A DNA stretch of 64,000 bases, taken from NCBI GenBank assembly GCA_964016885.1, contig OZ024746.1:48112001-48176000 (forward strand), read 5' to 3'. Numbering within the stretch: position 1 is the stretch's first letter; the number at the start of each line of letters is the position of its first letter. Below are positions 15,561 through 27,570 of this stretch, piece after piece. Source of the DNA: Eledone cirrhosa (Eukaryota). Both the position numbers and the translations under genes were made by a program. The notes under the pieces are model-generated. The model was not told where the DNA came from and searched no databases. It saw nothing but the letters and a program-made list of their open reading frames with translations.

Positions 15561-15562
<2 letters not shown>
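14958..15562 (-). mobile_element. Solo 5' UTR-like fragment of an RTE-type LINE, headed by an HDV-like ribozyme candidate
   Basis: Minus strand has tctaggagaaggaaaactctga and cctacatggat, motifs I recall from RTE 5' UTRs. GC-richer island between (TA)n tracts. Confidence 0.5.
15485..15562 (-). ncRNA. HDV-like ribozyme candidate
   Basis: P1 GGTCA/TGGTC, P2 CCAGT/ACTGG, P3 ACA/TGT, L3 CC pairing with GG (P1.1), P4 TCG-ttgg-CGA, J4/2 CTAA. Confidence 0.45.
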
Positions 15563-15647
<85 letters not shown>

Positions 15648-15710
15648 AACATATATATATAAACATATATATACATATACATACATATATATATATATAT
15701 ATATACATAA

Positions 15711-17409
15711 ACAGTTTGGGTTTGTGTCAGGCAAAAGCACCACAGACGCTCTTTTCATAGTACGACAACTACAGGAGAAGTACCTAGCTAAAGGTAAACC
15801 CCTCTACTTAGCTTTTGTCGACCTGGAGAAAGCCTTCGACAGAGTCCCCCGCTCCATTATCTGGTGGGCTCTTAGAAAACTAGGCGTTGACGAATGGCTT
15901 GTGAGGGCTATACAAGCCATGTATAAAGAAACAGTCAGCAAGGTTAGAATTAACAACGAATATAGTGAAGAGTTTAGCGTAAAAGTTGGCGTCCATCAGG
16001 GCTCTGTTCTCAGCCCCCTACTATTTATTATTGCCCTTCAGGCTATAACAGAGGAGTTCAAGACAGGCTGCCCATGGGAACTCCTATACGCAGACGACCT
16101 GACACTCATAGCGGAATCAATGGCCGAGCTAGAGAAGAAATTCCAAACATGGAAGCACGGCCTAGAGTCAAAAGGACTTAAAATTAACCTGGCTAAGACC
16201 AAAGTTCTAGTTTGTAGGAAAGAAAACAAGGCGGCGGTCCCTTCTGGGAAATGGTCGTGCTCGGTGTGTAGGAAAGGCGTAGGTAGAAACTCCATTTTAT
16301 GTCCTAAATGCAAAGTATGGGTGCATAAAAGATGTAGTGGGATCACAGGTAAGCTAACTAAGAACATAGATTTTACATGTGGCCGGTGTTCTGGTGCAAT
16401 AAGTAGCAGCAAGTGCCCACAAAATACTAGCTCTTTCAATTGCGCAGAGGGTTCTATAGAAATAGTGGACAGCTTCCGTTACCTGGGCGATAAAATCAGC
16501 AGTGGGGGAGGGTGCTCTGAAAGTACTGTAGCTAGAGTCAGAACTGGTTGGAAAAAGTTCAGAGAGCTTATACCACTATTAGCTGCTAAAGGGTTCTCCC
16601 TAAAAATGAAAGGCAGGTTATACGATGCCTGCATACGAACAGCAATGTTGCATGGTTGTGAGACCTGGGCATTGTGTGCAGAGGATATACACAGACTAGA
16701 GAGGAACGAAGCTTGCATGTTCCGCTGGATGTGTAACAGTAATATACGTGAACGGCAAAGCATAAACGAACTAAGGAAAAAAATTAGAGATAAGAGGGAT
16801 CAGATGTTGTTTACTCGAGAGAAGGCTGCGTTGGTATGGACACGTGATGCGCATGAAAGTCGATAGCTGTATAACAAAGTGCAGGGCAATAAAGATAGAC
16901 GGAAGCCACGGAATAGGCAGACCTAGAAAAACCTGGGATGAGCTGATAAACTCCGACCTCACACACTTACACCTCTCCAAGACAATGTCACTGGACCGAG
17001 ACCTTTGGCGGTACTCAGTAACAGAGAAGACCCGCCTTGCCAGTAGGCATCACTAACAAAATACGCCCCGTCCCGCCACCACCCCCACCCCGTCCACACC
17101 ACCCCGTTCTATGTAAAGTTATGTTGGTGCCGCGCCATCCAGGCCGAAACAAATGAGATCTTGTAGGTGTCACGACAAAAAAACACACAGTCCACGCTGT
17201 AATGTGGCCGTGTAGGCAACACGGTAAAAACCTCCCAGACCCACACTGTAAATGTGGTTGGTGTTAGGAAGGGCATCCAACTGTAGAAAACCTGCCAGAC
17301 AGTCCTATGCGAGCAAGACAATCACTCTTGCCTCAAGTGGGACTACCCCCGTCCAAACCCATGCAAGCGTGGAACACGGACGTTAAACGTTGATGATGAT
17401 GATGATGAT
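15711..17409 (+). mobile_element. RTE LINE family A, 5'-truncated, frameshifted near the C-terminus
   Basis: ORFs 15724-16866 and 16844-17056 ([18 protein letters not shown]-like finger); (GAT)n tail. Confidence 0.95.
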
Positions 17410-17591
17410 ATACATATACATATACATATATATATACATATATATATACATATATATATACATATATATATACATATATATATACACATATATATACACA
17501 TATATATATACATATATATACATATACATATATATATATATATATACATACTCATATATATTTATACATATATATATATATATATATACAT

Positions 17592-20189
17592 AGAAAAATA
17601 TGGAAGCTAAAGGACCCCACAGCCAAAAATAAATTCCAAAGCATATTACTTGATGCTTTCGACAGTAAGGAAGAGCAAATAGAGTCGTACAAGGTAGAGG
17701 AACAGTGGGAATTCCTGAAAGCAAACCTGCTGACGGCGACAGACGAAGTCTGTGGCTGGAGCAGGCCTGTAGGCAGGAGGAGAGTAACATGGTGGTCGAA
17801 CAGTAAGGTGGAGGGGTCAATTAAGGCCAAAAAGCAGGCTTGGAAAGTATGGCAGGATGGGGGAAGCAGAGAAGACTATCAAGTGGCCAGGAGGGAAGCT
17901 AGGAGACAAGTGTACTTCGCAAGAAGGGAAGCTGAGGAAAGAAAGTTCAAGCATGTTCTACAACGTGAGGACCAAAAACGTGAGGTGTTCAGGATTGCTA
18001 GGCAATGTGTCAAGGAAAACAGTGATATTGTCGGGGAGAAGTGTGTACTTAACGATGACGGCGTACTTGCCATCACCGACGCCGATAAGAAGGTAGCTTG
18101 GAAGTGTCACTATGAAAGGCTACTCAATGAGGAGAATAAATGGGAGAAAGACAGTCTCCCCCACATCGACCCAATAGAGGGACCAGCAGTGTTAGTCAAG
18201 GGTAGTATAATAAGTAAGGCAATCAAAGATATGAAGACAGGCAAGGCGGCTGGGCCTTCGGAAATAGTTGCCGAGATGCTGAAGGCATCTGGTACGGTGG
18301 GACACACCATGGTCACCCGGATAGTCAACCAAGTCATACAGAATGGGGTTGTTCCGAAGGACTGGCGTAGCAGCATTATCGTTAACTGTTATAAGGTTAA
18401 AGGAGATGCCCTAGATAGGAGTAACTATAGAGGCATTAAATTAATCGACCAGGTCATGAAGGTCACGGAAAAAGTAATAGCGCAACTAATCAGAGAGCGA
18501 ATTGATCTAGATGAAATGCAGTTCGGGTTTGTGTCAGGAAAAAGTACCACAGACGCTCTTTTCATTGTACGACAACTACAGGAGAAGTACCTAGCTAAAA
18601 GTAAACCCCTATACTTAGCTTTCGTCGACTTGGAGAAGGCCTTCGACAGAGTCCCCCGTTCCATTATCTGGTGGGCTCTTAGAAAACTAGGTGTCGATGA
18701 ATGGCTTGTGAGAGCTATACAAGCCATGTATAAAGAAACAGTCAGCAAGGTTAGAATTAACAACGAATATAGTGAAGAGTTTAGTGTAAAAGTTGGTGTT
18801 CATCAGGGCTCTGTTCTTAGCCCCCTACTATTTATTATTGCCCTCCAGGCTATAACAGTGGAGTTCAAGACCGGCTGCCCATGGGAACTCCTATACGCAG
18901 ATGATCTAACGCTCATAGCTGAGTCAATGGCCGAGCTAGAGAAGAAATTCCAAACATGGAAGCACGGGCTAGAATCAAAAGGCCTTAAAATTAACCTGGC
19001 TAAGACTAAAGTTCTAGTTTGTAAGAAAGAAAATAAGGCGGCGGTCCCCTCCGGGAAGTGGCCATGCGCAGAGTGTAGGAAAGGCGTAGGTAGAAATTCC
19101 ATTTTGGGTCCCAAATGCAGAGTTTGGGTTCATAAAAGATGTAGTGGGATCACAGCTAAGCTAACTAAGAACATAGATTTTACATGTGGCCTTTGTTCTG
19201 GGGCAATAAGTAGCAGCAAGTGCCCACAAAATACTAGCTCTTTCAACTGCGCAGAGGGTTCTATAGAAATAGTGGACAGCTTCCGTTACCTGGGTGACAA
19301 AATCAGCAGTGGGGGAGGGTGCTCTGAAAGTACAGTAGCTAGAGTCAGAACTGGGTGGAAAAAGTTCAGAGAGCTTATACCACTATTAGCCGCAATGTTG
19401 CAGGGCAGTGAGACCTGGGCATTGTGTGCAGAGGATATACGCAGACTAGAGAGAAACAAAGCTTGCATGCTCCGCTGGATGTGTAATAGTAATATACGTG
19501 AACGACAAAGCATAAACGAACTAAGGAAAAAATTAGAAATAAGAGGGATCAGATGTTGTTTACTCGAGAGAAGGCTACGTTGGTATGGTCACGTGATGCG
19601 CATGAAGGACGATAGCTGTATAACAAAGTGCAGGGCAATAAAGATAGACGGTAGCCACGGAATAGGCAGACCCAGAAAAACCTGGGACGAGCTGATAAAC
19701 TCCGACCTCACACACTTACACCTCTCCAAGACAATGTCACTGGACCGAGTCCTTTGGCGGTACTCTGTAATAGAGAAGACCCGCCTTACCTAAATACAAA
19801 GTAAAACCTACTACAGTCAGTAGGCATCTCTAACAAAATACACCCCCGTCCCACCACCTCCACCCCATCCACACCGCCCCCCTTCTATGTAAAGTTATGT
19901 TGGTGCCACACCATCCAGGCCGAAACAAATGAGATCGTGTAGGTGTGACGACAAAAAAAACACACAGTCCACGCTGTAATGTGGCCGTGTAGGCAACACG
20001 GTAAAAACCTCCCAGACCCACACTGTAAATGTGATTGGTGTTAGGAAGGGCATCCAACTGTAGAAAACCTGCCAGACAGTCCTATGCGAGCAAGACAATC
20101 ACTCTTGCCTCAAGTGGGAAAACCCCCGTCCAAACCGATGCAAGCGTTGAACACGGACGTTAAACGATGATGATGATGATGATGATGAT
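17592..20189 (+). mobile_element. RTE LINE family A, 5'-truncated, small in-frame deletion
   Basis: 661-aa ORF 17808-19793 with the full RT; lacks KGFSLKMKGRLYDACIRT seen in sister copies; (GAT)n tail. Confidence 0.96.
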
Positions 20190-20231
20190 ATATAGTTAAA
20201 AGAATAGAGGTGTAACACACAAGTTATTATA

Positions 20232-20694
20232 TATTGGTAAACGGAATAGAAAATGCTGACAAATTGTTCACAGTTGAAAAATGGTTTAATTAGGAATAAA
20301 AGAGTATTAGTAATTGTATGGGTTAGTATTCAGTTGTGGTTTTAAGTTTTTACCGGTTGCGCATTTCTAAATGCTTTTCAAAAATAATTTTGAGATAGAT
20401 TGTCCGTGTTGTTTGCTCTGATCTGATTAGTTTTGGGAATTCTACCTGTTTTTATGTTAAAAAAGTGGCTCCAGCGCTACTTTGGTGTTCCAAAAATTCT
20501 TGTGGTCAAAACAATTTTGATTGGTCGGTAGAGGTCATGTGAATAAAAAAATTGGTTTTGCACCAAGATTGAGAAATGACTCTTTCACAACAAATATGTG
20601 TGTATGTGTGTGTGTGTGTAGTAGTAGTAGTAAGGTGTTTGATGTTGTGATAATGGTTAGCAGGGATGTGTGTCAAATGGCTATTAAGATAAGT

Positions 20695-20761
<67 letters not shown>

Positions 20762-21125
20762 GCAGAGTAATTCGTGGTAGCAGGGATGCTCAGTAAGAAT
20801 GTGTCTGTAAGCAATGGGGGGTATTTTAGCATGTCAAAAGATATTTTTCAGCTTTTGTCTTATATGGAGAAGTGCGTGTGTGTGTGTGTATAAGTCTCTT
20901 TGTATGTTAATGTACGCGTGTGTATGTGTGTGTGTATATATGTGTGTGAGAATGTGTGTGTGTGGGTGGACCAGTATTTTTTTCCCCCTGGTAAAATGGT
21001 GTACATTATTCGAGTTTTTCAGTAAAATCGGTTCTCTTAATAGAACATCAAAAATCTTAACTATAAAAGGTGTGAAATGATATTCACTATATATATATAC
21101 ACATACATATATTCACTATACATAT

Positions 21126-21197
<72 letters not shown>

Positions 21198-21677
21198 TTT
21201 TTTGTGTTGCACCATAGAGCAGGTGTGTTTACGTATGTCATTGTGTTTATATGTGGGTAGAGATGTGTGCTGATGTAGATATGTATGTTGACGTGTGTAT
21301 GTTGTGGGTTCGTCTTAGGGAGAAGTGTTTAGACGGGGTCCGTTTTTGTTAATGAAGTAAGATTCCTTGCAGATGCGCTGGGTGTGGGTGGTATTATCTT
21401 TAAATTTGTAGAGGGGAAAGATTCTGAAGTTGGGATGATTTTTTAACATAAAAAAAGGTAGAATTCCCAAAACTAATCAGATCAGAGCAAACAACACGGA
21501 CACTCTATCTCAAAATTATTTTTGAAAAGCATTTAGAAATGCGCAGCCGGTAAAAACTTAAAAAACTTAAAACCACAACTGAATGCTAACCCATACAATT
21601 ACTAATACTCTTTTATTCCTAATTAAACCATTTTTCAACTGTGAACAATTTGTCAGCATTTTCTATTCCGTTTACCA

Positions 21678-21680
<3 letters not shown>
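20232..21680 (-). mobile_element. Penelope-like element 3' remnant with inverted pseudo-LTR
   Basis: Minus strand 21449-21315 reads LKNHPNFRIFPLYKFKDNTTHTQRICKESYFINKNGPRLN*, resembling a GIY-YIG endonuclease C-terminus. 20232-20464 and 21439-21680 are inverted repeats, each with a degenerate hammerhead. Confidence 0.72.
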
Positions 21681-21736
<56 letters not shown>

Positions 21737-21743
21737 CATATAC

Positions 21744-21790
<47 letters not shown>

Positions 21791-21797
21791 CATATAC

Positions 21798-21870
<73 letters not shown>

Positions 21871-21943
21871 CATATATATACATATATATATATATATACA
21901 TATATATACATATGTATATATATACATATATATGTATATATAC

Positions 21944-21992
<49 letters not shown>

Positions 21993-22176
21993 CATATATA
22001 CATATATATATACATATATATACACATATATATACATATACATATATATATATACACATATATATATACATATATATATACATATATATATATATTTACA
22101 TATATATACATATACATATATATATATACACATATATATATACATATATATATACATATATATATATATTTACATA

Positions 22177-22268
<92 letters not shown>

Positions 22269-22353
22269 CATATATATAGATATATACATATATATATATA
22301 CATATATATACATATATATATATACATATATATATACATATATATATATATAC

Positions 22354-22384
<31 letters not shown>

Positions 22385-22397
22385 CATATATATATAC

Positions 22398-22428
<31 letters not shown>

Positions 22429-22513
22429 CATATATATATACATATATATATATACATATATATATACATATATATATATACATATATATATACATATATA
22501 TACATATATATAT

Positions 22514-22688
22514 CTATGGCGGGTAAAATTCCCGAGATCCATGGACGAGTTCTCTCCAGCGGTCTCTGTCCCTCATTATCGCTGCCATATCCTGCATCTC
22601 CAACAGACCAGTGTCTGTCCTTAGGGCATCAACATATGTTAACCTTGGTCTTCCTCTTCTAGTGTGTCCATGTAGGGGCTCCCAATAC
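22514..22688 (-). mobile_element. 3' end of a different RTE-like LINE family
   Basis: [35 protein letters not shown]. Confidence 0.8.
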
Positions 22689-22825
22689 ATATATATATAT
22701 ATATAAAAACATATATATATATACATACATATATACATACATATATATATATACATACATACATACATACATATATATATATACATACATACATACATAT
22801 AAATATATACATATAAATATATACA

Positions 22826-23230
22826 TAGACAGCCCTAACACCGGCCAAAGTTACCTCCCTTGACCTGCTGCAAAATCAAAACAAGATATTTTTGCGAACA
22901 ATGAATCTTGATGTCGATTTAACCCCCAAATCTCTTTCCAAACTATATAAGGAACACTTGTGACTGTTTATGCCCTTGAGAAGCCCAACTGGGCGAAACG
23001 TACGTACGTGATATTTTCAATAAACATGTTTTAACGGTCTATGCTCCGAATTTTCACTTTCCCACGTGCTTACGCTCTGCTAACTCTCTAGCCCACTAAA
23101 TATTAACACTTCGAATATTTAATACTGCCGGCACTAGTATCGAGCACCTTTGGCATCCGCTACTTGGCAAATAACTATATGTATCACCTATCCCTCCTTT
23201 TTTCTCTCTTTCTCGATACGTAAATACTAT
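22826..23230 (+). mobile_element. Probable PLE terminal fragment with a U3-A8 hammerhead-like motif
   Basis: TTGAGAA-GCCC aact GGGC-GAAA-CGTACG-TA then AATAAA (22976-23024), between microsatellites. Confidence 0.5.
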
Positions 23231-23265
23231 ATTACATATATATATATATACATATATATATATAC

Positions 23266-23412
<147 letters not shown>

Positions 23413-23425
23413 CATATACATATAC

Positions 23426-23473
<48 letters not shown>

Positions 23474-23477
23474 ATAC

Positions 23478-23509
<32 letters not shown>

Positions 23510-23513
23510 ATAC

Positions 23514-23554
<41 letters not shown>

Positions 23555-23919
23555 CATATATATACATATATACATATATATACATATATACATATATATA
23601 CATATATACATATATATACATATATATACATACATATATATATACATACATATATATATACATACATATATATATACATACATATATATATACATACATA
23701 TATATAGACATACATATATATAGACATACATATATATATACATACATATATATATACATACATATATATATATATACATATATATATATACATATATATA
23801 TATACATACATATAAATATATACATACATATATATATACATATATATATACATATATATATACATATATACATACATATATATATACATATATACATAGA
23901 TATATATATATATATATAT

Positions 23920-24775
23920 ACTATATAATATTTTGAGAATAAGCTCTCAGTCCTTTACAATAATTAAGCTCCAGGAAAGGGTCATTTCCGAGCAGTTAAA
24001 TACATTAAAATATATGATAAACACAAAACGTGTTTGCATTGCAACAGACAGTCAGCTATTAATGAAATAAACTAATTAAAGTGAATACAATTTGTCTGTC
24101 TCGATATAAGTCAATAAAGACAATCTTATATTGGCAACTGCCATGATTCCTGGACAGATTTAAATTTCAAAATCCAAACCTGTTCTGTAGACGAATTTGA
24201 ACCTCGAAACCTAAATCCGTTTCGCAATGGTGGTATGTGCCTTTCCTGGAGCTTAATTATTGTAAAGGACTGAGAGCTTATTCTCAAAATATTATATAGT
24301 ATATTGCTCCTTAAATGTTAGAGCTGATTTTTAATCCCGCATATATGGCTGTTATTTCTAGCACCGTTAATGAGTGAAGGCTAGTTTGGTCTGGCTATAC
24401 ACGTGTAGTCAGACTTTCAAAATTTTTTGATGTGGAATGTACTGATTTCTACTGGATTCCTGTTGATATGCACAGAAGATTTGGATATTTCACTTTTTAT
24501 TTCAATTCCATTTCGATTCTCTTTATTTTTTAAATTCACATACCACCATTGCGAAACGGATTTAGGTTTCGAGGTTCAAATTCGTCTACAGAACAGGTTT
24601 GGATTTTGAAATTTAAATCTGTCCAGGAATCATGGCAGTTGCCAATATAAGATTGTCTTTATTGACTTATATCGAGACAGACAAATGGTATTCACTTTAA
24701 TTAGTTTATTTCATTAATAGCTGACTGTCTGTTGCAATGCAAACACGTTTTGTGTTTATCATATATTTTAATGTA
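23920..24775. mobile_element. Foldback repeat element (probable PLE pseudo-LTRs, inverted plus partial tandem)
   Basis: 23998-24238 is the reverse complement of 24538-24775; 23920-23980 is the reverse complement of 24241-24300. Confidence 0.7.
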
Positions 24776-25060
24776 TATATATATATATATATATATACAT
24801 ATATATATACATATATATATATACATATATATATATACACATATATATATACACATATATATATACACATATATATATACACATATATATATACACATAT
24901 ATATATATACATATATATATATACATATATATATATACATATATATATATACATATATATATATACATATATATATATACATATATATATATACATATAT
25001 ATACATATATATATATACATATATATATATATACATATATATATACATATATATATACAC

Positions 25061-25107
<47 letters not shown>

Positions 25108-25292
25108 CATATATATATACATATATATATACACATATATATATACATATATATATATACATATATATATAAACATACATATATACATATACATATATAC
25201 ATATATATATATACATATATATATATACATATATATATATACATATATATATATACATATATATATATACATATATATATATACATATATAC

Positions 25293-25355
<63 letters not shown>

Positions 25356-25761
25356 CATATATACATATATACATATACATATATACATATACATATATAC
25401 ATATATATATATACATATATACATATATATATATACATATATATATATACATATATATATATACATATATATATATACATATATATATATACATATATAT
25501 ATATACATATATATATATACATATATATATATACATATATATATATACATATATATATATACATCTATATATATACATCTATATATATACATCTATATAT
25601 ATACATCTATATATATACATCTATATATATACATCTATATATATACATCTATATATATACATCTATATATATACATCTATATATATACATCTATATATAT
25701 ACATCTATATATATACATCTATATATATACATCTATATATATACATCTATATATATACATC

Positions 25762-25807
<46 letters not shown>

Positions 25808-26518
25808 CATATATATATATACATATATATATATATACATATATATATATACATATATATATATACATATATATATATACATATATATACATACATATAT
25901 ACATATACATATATACATATACATATACATATATACATATACATATATATATACATACATATATATATACATATATACATATATATATACATATATATAT
26001 ACATATACATATACATATATACATATATACATATATATATACATATATATATACATATATATATACATATATATATACATATATATATATACATATACAT
26101 ATACATATATATATACATATATATATATACATATATATATATACATATACATATATATATACATATATATATATACATATATATATATACATATACAATA
26201 TATATGTATATTATTATATTTATAATATGTATATATATATTTATATATACATATCATATATACATATATTATACATATATATATATATATATATACATAT
26301 ATAATATACATATATACATACATATATATATATACATATATACATACATATATACATACATATATATATATGTAATGTATATATGTATGTATATATGTAT
26401 ATATATATGTACATATATATATACATATATATATACATATATATATACATATACATATACATATACATATATATATACATATATATATACATATATATAT
26501 ACATATATATATATATAC

Positions 26519-26549
<31 letters not shown>

Positions 26550-26610
26550 CATATATATATACATATATACATACATATATATATACATATATACATACAT
26601 ATATACATAC

Positions 26611-26641
<31 letters not shown>

Positions 26642-26645
26642 CATA
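24775..26645. repeat. Compound (TA)n/(TACA)n microsatellite containing a 14-bp ACATCTATATATAT array
   Basis: Directly visible; the 14-mer array spans about 25560-25770. Confidence 0.95.
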
Positions 26646-26688
26646 TACGATATTAAACAAATGGAAACTATATTTATAAAACCATATT

Positions 26689-26754
26689 TATTTCGTTATA
26701 TATATTTCTGGGATATCATATTAAAAATATGGTATGCCTTCCTCAGACAAAATA
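26689..26754 (-). ncRNA. Type I hammerhead ribozyme in the PLE pseudo-LTR (left arm)
   Basis: Reverse complement of the motif at 33100-33165. Confidence 0.72.
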
Positions 26755-27459
26755 CAATATATAAGCTGTTTTATAAATAATTTTGACATACCTTAGAATA
26801 ATGCAACTTCCATTTAAAAAGTTGATTTGGTAGTGAAACTGTTGAGGACAGTTATAGAGAAAGAAAGACGAAGAAAAACGAAGATAAAAAGAAGATGAAG
26901 AGATGTATGTAAAGAGAAACAACAGAGTGAGATAGAGAGAGAAGGAGATATGGGAGAGAGAAATATATTGAGGAAGTGAAAAATAGTAGGCAGCTTTGGG
27001 ACAGATGATCCTCGTACAAGTGAGAGGTTAAGGGGGGAAGGGATACAGTTAAAATAGCCGACAGATAAATCACGTCCAGTGTAGAGGAGAAAAAGAAAGA
27101 AAGATGATATATTTAAAATATATTATGTCTCATCCATTTGAATTATCAATCTTTATGAATTAGGTATTATAATGTAAATATCAATATTCATGAATGAGAC
27201 ACATATCCATAATGTGTGAAAAAAATGACCCCATGCTTAGTTTAAAAATTCTTAGGTCTATTAGCAAAATCTGAGACAAAACTTCAAACATAAGTATATA
27301 TGCATTCTCATGAAAAAAGAAAAAAGAGAAAAGAGAAGATTATCTCAAATTCAAGTTGATAATTATAGACACACATGTGAACTTACGTGATATGCTCCGC
27401 AGATTCTTATTTTTCATGAAAATCTTCATTGCGTTACAAAAGATTCCACCATACATATA

Positions 27460-27499
<40 letters not shown>

Positions 27500-27570
27500 T
27501 AAAATATACATTAACATTTATAGTAATATTCCTGCCCTCACTTACATGATTATCGATCAAGCAAAGAATA

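Noticed and set aside
24460-24570. CTGTTGA...GCGAAACGG as a hammerhead
   Set aside because: Core mismatch and no supporting stems.
25560-25770. CRISPR-like or coding tandem array
   Set aside because: A 14-bp microsatellite-derived unit with no spacers, in a eukaryotic context.
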